DNA of 64,000 nucleotides, taken from Comamonadaceae bacterium. Its GTDB lineage: Bacteria; Pseudomonadota; Gammaproteobacteria; Burkholderiales; Burkholderiaceae_C. A model generated the notes under the pieces. It was given only the letters and a program-made list of their open reading frames with translations, was not told the origin of the DNA and searched no databases. Location of the stretch: NCBI GenBank assembly GCA_003599455.1, contig QZKF01000076.1, positions 7,802-71,801 of the forward strand, in the 5' to 3' direction. The translations under genes and the position numbers were made by a program. Below are positions 9,766 to 21,271 of this stretch, piece by piece (the stretch's first letter is position 1; each line of letters opens with the position of its first letter).

Positions 9766-11106
9766 TCAGGGCGCGTCGGCGTAGCGCTGCAGTTCCCAGC
9801 CGCTGACCTGCTGGCTCCAGGCGGCCCACTCCTCGTGCTTGAGCGCCAGGAACTGGTCGCAGAAGGCCGCGCCCACGGCCTCGCGCAAGGGCGCGTCCTG
9901 CGCCAGCGCATCCAGCGCGGCCAGCAGGTCGCGCGGCAGGCGCGCAGGCAGCGGCTCGCCGCGCGCGTGGCGCTCGTACAGGTCGTCGGCGCAGGGCTCG
10001 GCCGCGGGCAGCGCCTGGTCGATGCCGGAGAGGCCGGCGGCCAGCGTGGCGGCGATCGCCACGTAGACGTTGCAGGCCGGGTCGGGCAGGCGCCACTCCA
10101 GGCGCCCGGCCACGCTGCGCACGAGGCAGGTGCGGTTGTTGTCGCCCACCGCCTTCCACACCGGCGACCAGGTGGTGCCCGAGGCGCTGCGGCTCGCGGC
10201 CAGCCGCTTGTAGCTGTTGACCGTGGGCGCGCACAGGGCGGCCAGCGCGTCGGCGTGGTGCAGCAGGCCGGCGGCAAAGCGGTGGCCGGTCTCGCTCAGG
10301 CCCAGCGCGCCGGCGGGGTCGGCCATCACCGCCCTGCCCTGCGCGTCGGTCAGGCTCAGGTGGAAATGCAGGCCGCTGCCGGGCGCGTGCGCCAGCGGCT
10401 TGGGCATGGTGGAGAACACCTGGCCGTGCTGCTGCGCCACCGCGTGCGCGGCGAGCTTGAAGAGCTGGTAGCGGTCGGCCGCGGCGAGCGCCTCGTCGTG
10501 CCGGTAGTTGATCTCGTACTGGCCGGTCGCGTCCTCGTGGTCCATCTGCTGCAGCTCGAAGCCCAGCGCGTCCAGCGTCTGGCGCATGCCGTCGAGAAAA
10601 CCGAAGTTGCGCGCGATGGCCTGCAGGTCGTAGGACGGCTTGGCCAGCCGGTCCTCGCCGTCGGCCACCTGCCAGCGGCCCTGCGCGTCGCGGTTGAGCA
10701 AAAAGAACTCGGGCTCGATGCCGACCCACAACGTCCAGCCGCGTTCGGCCTTCAGGCGCTGCACCTGGTGCCTGAGCACCTGGCGCGGGCAGGTGTCCAG
10801 CGGCTCGCCGCCGGCATAGCCGTCGCACACCGCGTGCGCCACGCCCGGCATGAAGGGCAGCGGGCGCAGGCTCTCGGGCCGCACGAGGCCCATGTACTCG
10901 CTGCGCGCGCCCATGCGCGGCAGGCCGGTGCCCGCGATGCTGGGGCCCGCGAAGCCGGCGCCGGTGTCCACCGCGCCGGCCAGGCCGTCGAGCGGCACCA
11001 GCTTGCCCTTGGGCGCGCCCAGCAGGTCGGTGAAGGTGGCCAGCACCGAGTGGATGCCCTGGGCGCGCAGGGCCGCGATGCGCTCGTCCAGCGCAGCCAG
11101 GCTCAA
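9766..11106 (-). CDS. Glutamine-synthetase-like ligase, GlnT/GmaS-like subfamily
   Basis: FTDLLGAPKGKLVP, GAGFAG, GIEPEFF, HEDATGQYEINY, PGSGLHFHLS, NNRTCLVR. TTG start overlaps the gabT stop (TTGA). Confidence 0.85.
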   Translation of the reverse strand: MSLAALDERIAALRAQGIHSVLATFTDLLGAPKGKLVPLDGLAGAVDTGAGFAGPSIAGTGLPRMGARSEYMGLVRPESLRPLPFMPGVAHAVCDGYAGGEPLDTCPRQVLRHQVQRLKAERGWTLWVGIEPEFFLLNRDAQGRWQVADGEDRLAKPSYDLQAIARNFGFLDGMRQTLDALGFELQQMDHEDATGQYEINYRHDEALAAADRYQLFKLAAHAVAQQHGQVFSTMPKPLAHAPGSGLHFHLSLTDAQGRAVMADPAGALGLSETGHRFAAGLLHHADALAALCAPTVNSYKRLAASRSASGTTWSPVWKAVGDNNRTCLVRSVAGRLEWRLPDPACNVYVAIAATLAAGLSGIDQALPAAEPCADDLYERHARGEPLPARLPRDLLAALDALAQDAPLREAVGAAFCDQFLALKHEEWAAWSQQVSGWELQRYADAP

Positions 11107-12404
11107 GCGAGCACCTCGGCCAGCGCGGCGTCGAGCACGCCCAGGGCCTCGGCGAACACGCTGTCCTCGATGGTCAGCGGGAACAGGAAACGGATCACGT
11201 TGCCGTACACGCCGCAGGTCAGCAGCAGCAGGCCGCGCTTCAGGGCCGCCGCCTGCACCTTCTTCGTGGTGTCGGCGTCGGGCGCGCCGGTGGCGGCGTC
11301 GATGAAATCGCAGGCCACCATGGCGCCCAGGCCGCGCACGTCGCCCAGGCGTTTCGGGTACAGGGCACGCTGCGCGATCAGGTGGCCGATGAGCTGGTCG
11401 CCCAGCTTCTGCGCGCGCGCGGGCAGCTGCTCCTCGGCCATCACGTCGAGCACCGCGTGCGAGGCGGCAATCGCCAGCGGGTTGCCGGCGTAGGTGCCGC
11501 CCAGGCCACCCGGGGCCGGGCCGTCCATGATGGCGGCCTTGCCCGACACCGCCGACAGCGTGGTGCCGCCGGCCATGCTCTTGGCCATGGTCATGAGGTC
11601 GACCGACACGCCGAAGTGCTCCATCGCAAACATCTTGCCGGTGCGCGCGAAGCCGGTCTGCACTTCGTCGGCCACCAGCAGGATGCCGTGCTGGTCGCAC
11701 AGCTCGCGCAGCCACTTCACGGCCGCGGGCTGGATCACGTTGAAACCGCCCTCGCCCTGCACCGGCTCGAACACGATGGCCGCCACGCGGCTGGGCTCGA
11801 TGTCGCACTTGAAGAGCTGCTCCATCGCGTGCTTCGTCTCGTCGAGCGAGGCGCAGTGGCAGGGGAACGGCACGTGGTAGATCTCGGGCGGGAACGGGCC
11901 GAAGCCGGCCTTGTAGGGCTGGACCTTGCCGGTGAGCGCGACCGAAAACATGCTGCGGCCGTGGAAGGCGCCGCCGAAGGCGATCACGCCGGTGCGGCCG
12001 GTGGACGAGCGCGCGATCTTCATCGCGTTCTCGATCGCCTCGGCACCGGTGGAGAAAAACGCCGTCTTCACCGGCCCGGTGATCGGCACGATGGCGTTGA
12101 TGCGCTCGGCCAGCGCCACGTACTCGGTGTAGGGCACGACCTGGTAGCAGCTGTGGGTGAAGCGCTGCAGCTGCGCGGCAATCGCGGCCTGCACCTTGGG
12201 GTGCACGTGGCCGGTGTTGAGCACCGCGATGCCACCGGCGAAGTCGATGAAGCGGCGGCCCTCGATGTCCCAGAACTCGGCGTTCTTCGCCTTGTCGATG
12301 AAGAAGTCGCCCATCACGCCCACGCCGCGCGGCGTGGCGGCCAGGCGGCGCGCGTGCCAGGCGGCGTTGGTGTGGTCGGTCTTGATTTCGTTCATGGCAT
12401 TCAT
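11103..12404 (-). CDS. gabT: 4-aminobutyrate--2-oxoglutarate aminotransferase
   Basis: DFAGGIAVLNTGH, TGAEAIENA, GAFHGRS, EPVQGEGG, DEVQTGFARTG, AKSMAGG; AAGGAG RBS before 12404. Confidence 0.93.
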   Translation of the reverse strand: MNAMNEIKTDHTNAAWHARRLAATPRGVGVMGDFFIDKAKNAEFWDIEGRRFIDFAGGIAVLNTGHVHPKVQAAIAAQLQRFTHSCYQVVPYTEYVALAERINAIVPITGPVKTAFFSTGAEAIENAMKIARSSTGRTGVIAFGGAFHGRSMFSVALTGKVQPYKAGFGPFPPEIYHVPFPCHCASLDETKHAMEQLFKCDIEPSRVAAIVFEPVQGEGGFNVIQPAAVKWLRELCDQHGILLVADEVQTGFARTGKMFAMEHFGVSVDLMTMAKSMAGGTTLSAVSGKAAIMDGPAPGGLGGTYAGNPLAIAASHAVLDVMAEEQLPARAQKLGDQLIGHLIAQRALYPKRLGDVRGLGAMVACDFIDAATGAPDADTTKKVQAAALKRGLLLLTCGVYGNVIRFLFPLTIEDSVFAEALGVLDAALAEVLA

Positions 12405-12414
12405 GGGTGTCTCC

Positions 12415-13884
<1,470 letters not shown>

Positions 13885-13916
13885 GGGGTCGGGTCCGGGG
13901 GTGGTCGAGGAGCGGG

Positions 13917-13965
13917 AATTGGCTCCATGCTACGCCCGAAACCCGGGCCCGCGCCAGTCCACTTT
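13917..13965. promoter_or_regulatory. Candidate MocR operator pair upstream of puuC (AATTGGCTCC ... AGTCCACTTT)
   Basis: Inverted AAKTGG/CCAMWT boxes 48 nt end to end; same layout at 22100-22147 and 27602-27650. Confidence 0.55.
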
Positions 13966-14007
13966 GGGCGGCCGGCAGCGACCCAGTGGGCCGTTGCCGG
14001 GCGGGGC

Positions 14008-14868
14008 TCAGTTCGGGTTGAGCGCCACCAGCTCGGCCCGCGTGGCCGCGGCGATCTCGCGCTCGCGCTTGCGCGTGGCGCGCGCCACCCACACCGCGTA
14101 GCCCACGATGCCGATGGTCACGGTCACGATCAGCAGCGTGGCCGCGGCGTAGATGGTCGGGTTGATGCCGCGCCGGGCGTAGCCGAAGATCACCTGCGGC
14201 AGCGTGTTCACGCCCGGGCCGGAGAGGAATTCGGAGATCACCACGTCGTCGAACGAGAGCGTGAAGGCCAGCAGGAAGGCCGCCAGGATGCCCTGGAAGA
14301 TATTGGGCAGGGTGATCAGGAAGAACACCTGCAGCGGCCGCGCGCCGAGGTCCATGGCGGCCTCCTCGATCGAGCGGTTCATCTCCATCAGGCGCGACTG
14401 GATCACCACCATGCCGTAGGCCATGCCCAGCAGGGTGTGGCCGAAGATGATGGTGAGCATGCCGCGCTCGGGCCAGCCGAAGGCGTTCTGCGCACCCACC
14501 ATCAGCAGCAGCAGCGACAGGCCGATCACCACCTCGGGCATCACCAGCGGGGCGTTGACCATGCCCGAGAAGATGGTGCGGCCCAGGAAACGGCGGTAGC
14601 GCACCAGCACGAAGGCCGCGAAAGTGCCGAGCACGGCCGAGAGCACGCCGGTGACGGCCGCCACCTTGAGCGAGAGCCAGAAGCCCTCGACGATCTTGGT
14701 ATCGCGCGTGAGCGCCTCGTACCAGCGCAGCGAGAAGCCGGTGAAGTTGGCGTCCTGCCGTGTGCTGTTGAAGCTGAACACGATCATGAAGAACAGCGGC
14801 AGGTACAGGAACAGGTAGACCGCCGCCAGCCAGAACTTGCCGAAGTGTTTTTCGAGAAAGGGTTTCAT
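14008..14868 (-). CDS. potI: Putrescine ABC transporter permease
   Basis: YLPLFFMIVFSFN, PLVMPEVVIG, EEAAMDLGA EAA loop, SFDDVVIS. Confidence 0.9.
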   Translation of the reverse strand: MKPFLEKHFGKFWLAAVYLFLYLPLFFMIVFSFNSTRQDANFTGFSLRWYEALTRDTKIVEGFWLSLKVAAVTGVLSAVLGTFAAFVLVRYRRFLGRTIFSGMVNAPLVMPEVVIGLSLLLLMVGAQNAFGWPERGMLTIIFGHTLLGMAYGMVVIQSRLMEMNRSIEEAAMDLGARPLQVFFLITLPNIFQGILAAFLLAFTLSFDDVVISEFLSGPGVNTLPQVIFGYARRGINPTIYAAATLLIVTVTIGIVGYAVWVARATRKREREIAAATRAELVALNPN

Positions 14869-14876
14869 GGCCGGCC

Positions 14877-15788
14877 TCACTTGCGGGGTTCGGCGGCGTC
14901 GCCGGTGTAGTGGTAGTAGATCGCCAGCGGCACGACGATCAGCGCGATCATCACCACCGCCAGCGCGGTGGCGCGCGGCCAGTTGTTGCTGGTGAACATC
15001 TCGTCCCAGACCACGCGCCCGATCATGATGTTCTCCGGCCCGCCGAGCAGCGAGGGGATCACGAACTCGCCCACCGAGGGAATGAACACCAGCATGAAGC
15101 CGGCCACGATGCCGGCCTTGGACAGCGGCACGGTGATCAGCCAGAAGGCCTTGAACGGCGTGGTGCCCAGGTCGTAGGCGGCCTCGAGCAGGCGGAAGTC
15201 CATCTTCACCAGCGTGGCGTACAGCGGCAGCACCATGAAGGGCAGGTAGACGTAGGTCATGCCCACCAGCATGGAAACGTTGGTGTAGAGCATGAGGATG
15301 GGCTCGCTCGTGATGCCCAGCGCCATCAGCAGCTGGTTGAGCACGCCCTGGTCGGCCAGGATGCCTTTCCAGGCGTAGACGCGCAGCAGGAACGAGGTCC
15401 AGAACGGCAGCATCACCATCATCAGCAGCGCCGGGCGCACGCTGGCCGGCGAACGCGCGATGAAGTAGGCGAACGGATAGCCGACGACCAGGCACAGCAC
15501 GGCGGTCCACAGCGCGTACCAGATCGAGCGCAGGTAGGCCTCGATGTAGATGGTCTTGAACAGCACGCCGCCTTCGTCGCGGAAGATGGTCCAGTAGTTC
15601 TCGTACTTCAGGCTGAGCAGGCCGGTCTGGCTGTCCCAGATCGGCTTGAACGGGTGGATGCTCTCGCCCATGTCCACGAAGCTGATGTACAGCAGGATCA
15701 GGAAGGGCAGGAAGAAGAAGACGAACAGCCAGACGTAGGGCACGCCGATGACGAAGCGCTTGCCGGGCATGAGGGGGTGGGTGGCCAT
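14877..15788 (-). CDS. potH: Putrescine ABC transporter permease
   Basis: GYPFAY, LPFWTSFLLRVYAW, LLEAAYDLG, GEFVIPSLLGG. Confidence 0.9.
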   Translation of the reverse strand: MATHPLMPGKRFVIGVPYVWLFVFFFLPFLILLYISFVDMGESIHPFKPIWDSQTGLLSLKYENYWTIFRDEGGVLFKTIYIEAYLRSIWYALWTAVLCLVVGYPFAYFIARSPASVRPALLMMVMLPFWTSFLLRVYAWKGILADQGVLNQLLMALGITSEPILMLYTNVSMLVGMTYVYLPFMVLPLYATLVKMDFRLLEAAYDLGTTPFKAFWLITVPLSKAGIVAGFMLVFIPSVGEFVIPSLLGGPENIMIGRVVWDEMFTSNNWPRATALAVVMIALIVVPLAIYYHYTGDAAEPRK

Positions 15789-15805
15789 GGGGTGTCTCCG
15801 GGCGT

Positions 15806-16909
15806 TCAGTCGCGCAGCACCACGCCGGCGATGTCGCTCCACCAGAAGAAGACGTTGTCTTCCCAGGTGATGTCGGACAGGTCCTGGCGCGAGGTGTTGG
15901 CCTCGGTGATCTTCACGCGCAGGCCCTCGGCCGCCTGCACGATGTAGGTGTTGTAGGAGCCGAAGTAGGCGATCTCCTTGACCTTGCCGGTGAACAGGTT
16001 GGGGCCCACACCTTCGGGGCGCTGCTTGCTGATCTCGATCTTCTCGGGCCGCACGGCGATCGTCACCGGCATGTGCAGCGTGCCGCTCACGCCGTGGCCG
16101 ACATGGATCTCGCCGATGGCGGTGGCCGCCGCGCAGCGGTTGGGCTCGTCCACGCTGAGCTTGCCCTCGAACAGGTTGACATTGCCGATGAAGTCGGCCA
16201 CGAAGCGGTTGGCCGGGTGCTCGTAGATCTCTTCGGGGCTGCCCACCTGCAGCACGCGCCCCTTGCTCATGATGGCGATGCGGCTGGCCATGGTCATGGC
16301 CTCCTCCTGGTCGTGCGTCACCATCACCACGGTCACGCCCACCTTCTCGATGATGTTGACCAGCTCGAACTGGGTCTGCTCGCGCAGCTTCTTGTCGAGC
16401 GCGCCCAGGGGCTCGTCGAGCAGCAGCAGCTTGGGCCGCTTGGCCAGGCTGCGCGCCAGCGCCACGCGCTGCTGCTGGCCACCCGAGAGCTGGTGCGGCT
16501 TGCGCTTGGCGTAGGGCGTGAGCTGCACCAGGGCCAGCATCTCGTCGGTGCGCTGCTGGATCTCCGCCTTGGGCAGGCCCTCGCGCTTCAGGCCGAAGGC
16601 CACGTTCTCCCAGATATTGAGGTGGGGGAACAGGGCATAGGACTGGAACATCATGTTGACCGGCCGCTCGTAGGGCGGCATGGCCGCCACGTCCTGCCCG
16701 CCGAGCAGGATGCGCCCCGAGGTCGGCTTCTCGAAGCCGGCGAGCATGCGCAGCAGCGTGGACTTGCCACAGCCCGAGCTGCCCAGCAGGGCAAAGATCT
16801 CGCCCTTGCCGATGGAGAGCGACACCTCGTCCACGGCCACCGCCTCGTCGAAGCGCTTGACCAGTTTCTCGGTGACCAGATAACCCGCCTGGGTGCCCGT
16901 CTCTGCCAT
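15806..16909 (-). CDS. potG: Putrescine ABC transporter ATP-binding protein
   Basis: [36 protein letters not shown]; C-terminal TOBE region. Confidence 0.92.
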   Translation of the reverse strand: MAETGTQAGYLVTEKLVKRFDEAVAVDEVSLSIGKGEIFALLGSSGCGKSTLLRMLAGFEKPTSGRILLGGQDVAAMPPYERPVNMMFQSYALFPHLNIWENVAFGLKREGLPKAEIQQRTDEMLALVQLTPYAKRKPHQLSGGQQQRVALARSLAKRPKLLLLDEPLGALDKKLREQTQFELVNIIEKVGVTVVMVTHDQEEAMTMASRIAIMSKGRVLQVGSPEEIYEHPANRFVADFIGNVNLFEGKLSVDEPNRCAAATAIGEIHVGHGVSGTLHMPVTIAVRPEKIEISKQRPEGVGPNLFTGKVKEIAYFGSYNTYIVQAAEGLRVKITEANTSRQDLSDITWEDNVFFWWSDIAGVVLRD

Positions 16910-16946
16910 GTTCAGTCCTTGTTGTGGTTTGCGTGTGCGTGAAGAC

Positions 16947-16986
16947 AAGAAAAAGGGCTGTTCATACGGTGTGTACGAACAGCCCT
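16947..16986 (-). terminator. Intrinsic terminator between potF and potG
   Basis: Minus strand AGGGCTGTTCGTAC-ACACC-GTATGAACAGCCCT followed by TTTTCTT. Confidence 0.8.
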
Positions 16987-17014
16987 GGATCAGGTCTGGT
17001 GAAAACCGGGCGCC

Positions 17015-18193
17015 TTATTTGCCCTTCTTGAAGCTGTTGTAGGCGTTGGCCATGGCTTCGCGCGCTTCGTTGGTGAAGCTGCTCGGCGGGATCATCTTGG
17101 CGAAGTAGTCGGACTCGACAAAGATGGTCTTGTTGCCGGCGATCTCGGGGTTGATCTTGTCCATGGCGGCCTTGTTGCCGGTGGGGTAGCTCATCTCGTT
17201 GGCCATGGCCGCGGCGTTTTCCGGGCGCAGGAAGAAGTCGATGAAGGCATTGGCGTTGTTCGGGTGCTTGGCATCCTTGGTGATGGCCATGGTGTCAAAG
17301 AAGATCAGCGCGCCGGTGCTCGGCAGCAGGGCTTCGATCACGTCCTTGGAACCGTTTTCCTTGGCGCGGCCGGCGGCGATGTTGATGTCGCCCGACCAGC
17401 CCACGGCCACGCAGGCCTTGGCACCGGCGATGTCGTCGATCATGGTGGAACTGAACAGGCGCACGTCCTTGCGCACCTTCTTCAGCATGTCGGTCGCCAG
17501 CTTGTAGTCGGCCGGGTCGTTGGAGTAGGCGTCCTTGCCGATGTAGTGCAGTGCCACCGGGATGATCTCGGTGGGCGAGTCCAGGTAGGCGATGCCGCAG
17601 GACTTCAGCTTGCTCGTGTACTCGGGCTTGAACACCAGGTCCCAGGCGTTCTCGGGCATGGGCGTGCCGCCCAGGGCCTTCTCGACCTTGGTCTTGTTGA
17701 TGCCCACGGTGGTGAAGCCCCAGGCCCACGGCACCAGGTGCTTGTTGTCCGGGTCGGCCTTGGTCAGCGTGGTCAGGATCGCCGGATCCAGGTTCTTCAG
17801 GTTGGGGATCTGGTCCTTCTTCAGCGGCTGCAGCAGGCCGCCTTCGATCTGGCCCTTGGCGAACACGGTGCCGGGCACCACGATGTCGTAACCGGTGTTG
17901 CCCGCCACCAGCTTGGCGTGCAGGGCCTCGTTAGTCTCGAAGGTGTCGTAGTTGACCTTGATGCCGCTTTCCTTCTCGAAGTTGGCGATCATGCCTTCGG
18001 GGATGTAGTCGGGCCAGTTGTAGATGTTCAGGACTTTTTCATCGTCGTACACCGGGCCGGCGGGTGCCGCGGGCGCGGCCGGCGCGGCGGCCACCGGGGC
18101 GGGTGCCGCAGGCGCGGCCACCGGCTCTTCTTTTTTGCCACAGGCGGCCAGCAGGATGGCTGACATCGCGAGAACCAGAACGTGCTTTTTCAT
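17015..18193 (-). CDS. potF: Polyamine ABC transporter substrate-binding lipoprotein
   Basis: Lipobox LLAAC, Ala/Pro linker, LNIYNWPDYI, GYDIVVP, GWSGD. Confidence 0.9.
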   Translation of the reverse strand: MKKHVLVLAMSAILLAACGKKEEPVAAPAAPAPVAAAPAAPAAPAGPVYDDEKVLNIYNWPDYIPEGMIANFEKESGIKVNYDTFETNEALHAKLVAGNTGYDIVVPGTVFAKGQIEGGLLQPLKKDQIPNLKNLDPAILTTLTKADPDNKHLVPWAWGFTTVGINKTKVEKALGGTPMPENAWDLVFKPEYTSKLKSCGIAYLDSPTEIIPVALHYIGKDAYSNDPADYKLATDMLKKVRKDVRLFSSTMIDDIAGAKACVAVGWSGDINIAAGRAKENGSKDVIEALLPSTGALIFFDTMAITKDAKHPNNANAFIDFFLRPENAAAMANEMSYPTGNKAAMDKINPEIAGNKTIFVESDYFAKMIPPSSFTNEAREAMANAYNSFKKGK

Positions 18194-18390
18194 GGTGTTG
18201 CTCACTCCAACGGGGTTAATCGACCAAAAGAACTCAACCGGGTGGGGCTGGAAATTGCCTGAGATCGCTAGCAATTTTCAGACCCGATGCGGGCCCCTGT
18301 GCACCAGAAACGGGCCTGGCGAGGCATTGCGGAAACCATTCTAGGGCCAGTCCCGCCGGGTTTTCCATCCCTGTCGGGGCCGGCATCCGG

Positions 18391-19830
18391 TCAAGCCAGC
18401 TGGCCGGCGGCGCGCAACTCGTCCATGGTCGCGTCCAGGCAGCGGTGGATCAGCGCCATCATCTCGTCGATCTGGGCCCGGGTCATCACCAGCGGCGGCG
18501 CGATGATCATGCGGTCGCCCACGGCGCGCATGATCAGGCCGTTCCTGAAGCAGTGGGCGCGGCATTTCATGCCCACGCCCAGGTCCTCGTCGAACATCTG
18601 CTTCGTGGCCTTGTTCTTCACCAGCACCAGGCCGGCGACGAAACCGCAGGTCTCGGCCATGCCCACCAGCGGGTGGTGGTTGAGCTCCTCGAAACGCTCG
18701 GCCAGGTAGGGGCCGACGTCGTCGCGCACCTTGCCCACCAGGTTCTCGCGCTCCATCAGCTCGATGTTGGCCAGCGCCACCGCGCAGGCCACCGGGTGGC
18801 CGCTGTAGGTGTAGCCGTGGTTGAACTCGCCGCCCTTCTCGATCAGCACCTTCGCCACGCGGTCGCCCACCATCACGCCGCCGAGCGGGATGTAGCCGCT
18901 GGTCACGCCCTTGGCGAAGGTCACCAGGTCGGGCCGGTAGCCGAACTTCTCGTAGGCGAACCAGTGGCCCAGGCGGCCGAAGGCGCAGATCACCTCATCG
19001 GAAATCAGCAGGATGCCGTGCTTGTCGACGATGCGCTGGATCTCGGGCCAGTAGGTCGATGGCGGGATGATCACGCCGCCGGCGCCCTGCACCGGCTCGG
19101 CGATGAAGGCCGCCACCTTGTCGGCGCCGATGGAGAGGATCTTCTCCTCCAGCCAGCGCGCGGCGCGCAGGCCGAAGTCGGCCTCGCTTTCGCCGGGCAG
19201 CGCGTTCTCGAAGAAATAGGGCTGCTGGATGTGCGTGATGTTGGGAATGGGCAGGTCACCCTGGGCGTGCATGCCGCCCATGCCGCCGAGCGAGGCGCCG
19301 GCCATGGTGCTGCCGTGGTACGCGTTGTGGCGGCTGATGATGACCTTGCGCTGCGGCTGGCCCAGCAGGTCCCAGTAGCGGCGCACCATGCGCACGTTGG
19401 TGTCGTTGCTCTCCGAGCCGCTGCTGGAGAAGAACACGTGCTCGAAGCTGCGCCCCCCCACCTTGGGCGCGAGGGCCGCCAGCTTGGTGGCCAGCTGCAC
19501 CGCCGGCACGTTGGTGGTCTGGAAGAAGCTGTTGTAGAACGGCAGCGTCATCATCTGCTGGTAGGCGGCGTCGGCCAGCTCCTTGCGGCCGTAGCCGGCG
19601 TTCACGCACCACAGCCCGCTCATGGCGTCGAGGATCCTGTGGCCCTCGGAATCCCACACGTAGATGTTGTCGGCGCGCGTGATCACGCGCGAGCCGCGCG
19701 TGGCCAGGTCGCCGTGGTCGGTGAACGGGTGCAGGTAGTGCGCGCTGTCCAGCGCCTGGATGGCTTTCGTGTCCTGCTGCTCGGCGCGGCGCACCAGGGC
19801 GGGTGGGGCAATGAGGGTCGAGGTGTTCAT
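18391..19830 (-). CDS. spuC: Class III aminotransferase, putrescine:pyruvate transaminase (SpuC-like)
   Basis: HYLHPFTD, DAMSGLWCVNAGYG, SGSESND, AYHGST, DEVICAFGR, AKGVTSGY. Confidence 0.88.
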   Translation of the reverse strand: MNTSTLIAPPALVRRAEQQDTKAIQALDSAHYLHPFTDHGDLATRGSRVITRADNIYVWDSEGHRILDAMSGLWCVNAGYGRKELADAAYQQMMTLPFYNSFFQTTNVPAVQLATKLAALAPKVGGRSFEHVFFSSSGSESNDTNVRMVRRYWDLLGQPQRKVIISRHNAYHGSTMAGASLGGMGGMHAQGDLPIPNITHIQQPYFFENALPGESEADFGLRAARWLEEKILSIGADKVAAFIAEPVQGAGGVIIPPSTYWPEIQRIVDKHGILLISDEVICAFGRLGHWFAYEKFGYRPDLVTFAKGVTSGYIPLGGVMVGDRVAKVLIEKGGEFNHGYTYSGHPVACAVALANIELMERENLVGKVRDDVGPYLAERFEELNHHPLVGMAETCGFVAGLVLVKNKATKQMFDEDLGVGMKCRAHCFRNGLIMRAVGDRMIIAPPLVMTRAQIDEMMALIHRCLDATMDELRAAGQLA

Positions 19831-19852
19831 GGTCGGTCCTTGGGTCGCGTGG

Positions 19853-21220
19853 TCAGACGTGAAGCAGCAGGTGCTCGCGCTCCCACGGCGAAATCACCTT
19901 CATGAACTCGTCGAACTCGAGCTCCTTGATCTCGGTGTAGATGGTGATGAATTCCTTGCCCAGCACGTCGTGCAGGTCGGTTTCACGGCGCAGCCAGTCC
20001 AGCGCCTCGCCCAGGCTGCGCGGCAGCGAATAGGGCGAGAGGTAGGCGTCGCCCTTCATCTCGGGCTTGGGCTTGATCTTGTTCTTCAGGCCCAGGTAGC
20101 CGCAGGCCAGCGTCATCGCCATCGCCACGTACGGGTTGGCGTCGGCGCCGATCACGCGGTTCTCCACGCGGCGCGCCTCGGGGCTGGAGATCGGCGAGCG
20201 GATGCCCACCGTGCGGTTGTCGTGGCCCCACTCAATGTTGATCGGTGCCGCGGTGTGGCGCGAGAGGCGGCGGTAGCTGTTCACGTACGGCGCCACCAGC
20301 ACCATGGCCGCGGGGATGTAGCGCTGCAGGCCACCGATGTAGTGGTAGAACGATTCGGACGGCGTGCCGTCCTCGTTGCTGAAGATGTTCTTGCCGGTGG
20401 CCTTGCTCAGGATGCTCTGGTGCACGTGCATCGCCGAGCCCGGCTCGCCGGCGATCGGCTTGGCCATGAAGGTGGCGTACATGTCGTGGCGCAGCGCCGA
20501 CTCGCGCACCGTGCGCTTGAAGAAGAACACCTCGTCGGCCAGGCCCAGCGGGTGGGCGTGGAAGAAGTTGATCTCCATCTGCCCGGCGCCGGCCTCGTGG
20601 ATCAGCGTGTCCACGTTGAGCTTCATCTTGTCGCAGTAGTCGTAGATCTCCTCGAACAGCGGGTCGAACTCGTTGACCGCGTCGATGCTGTACGACTGGC
20701 GCGAGGTCTCGGCGCGGCCGCTGCGCCCGATCGGCGGTTTCAGCAGCGTGTTCGGGTCGGTGTTGCGCGCGGTCAGGTAGAACTCCAGCTCGGGTGCGAC
20801 CACCGGGTCCAGGCCCTCGGCGTCGAACAGCTCGCACACGTGGCGCAGCACGCTGCGCGGCGCGAAAGGCACCAGCTTGCCGTCGTGGTCGAAGCAGTCG
20901 TGGATCACCTGCGCCGTGGGGTCGGTGGCCCAGGGCACGATGCGCGCGGTGGTCGGGTCCGGGCGCAGCTGCATGTCGCGGTCGGTCGGTTCGATCACGT
21001 CGTAGTACGGCCCGCTGGCCGGAAACTCCCCCGTCACCCCCATTGCCACGATCGCCTGCGGCAAACGCATGCCGCGGTCCTCGGTGAACTTCTCACGCGG
21101 CAGGATCTTGCCGCGCGCCACCCCGGTCAGGTCGGGCACCAGGCACTCGACCTCGGTCACGCGGTTCTGGTTGAGCCAGTTCTCCAGATCGTTGAAGGTC
21201 ATCTTTTGGGGGGCTGTCAT
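19853..21220 (-). CDS. puuA: gamma-glutamylputrescine synthetase (PuuA/SpuI-like GS homologue)
   Basis: PDLTGVARGK, APELEFYL, HEAGAGQMEIN, KPIAGEPGSAMHVHQS, RVENRVIGADANPY. Confidence 0.88.
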   Translation of the reverse strand: MTAPQKMTFNDLENWLNQNRVTEVECLVPDLTGVARGKILPREKFTEDRGMRLPQAIVAMGVTGEFPASGPYYDVIEPTDRDMQLRPDPTTARIVPWATDPTAQVIHDCFDHDGKLVPFAPRSVLRHVCELFDAEGLDPVVAPELEFYLTARNTDPNTLLKPPIGRSGRAETSRQSYSIDAVNEFDPLFEEIYDYCDKMKLNVDTLIHEAGAGQMEINFFHAHPLGLADEVFFFKRTVRESALRHDMYATFMAKPIAGEPGSAMHVHQSILSKATGKNIFSNEDGTPSESFYHYIGGLQRYIPAAMVLVAPYVNSYRRLSRHTAAPINIEWGHDNRTVGIRSPISSPEARRVENRVIGADANPYVAMAMTLACGYLGLKNKIKPKPEMKGDAYLSPYSLPRSLGEALDWLRRETDLHDVLGKEFITIYTEIKELEFDEFMKVISPWEREHLLLHV

Positions 21221-21271
21221 GTGCCATCTCCGTTGTGGTTGTGTGGGGTGATGTCCGCGTCCTCCAGGGCA

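Noticed and set aside
18252-18277. AAATTGC-N12-GCAATTT inverted repeat upstream of potF
   Set aside because: Single occurrence with no assignable regulator; too weak to call.
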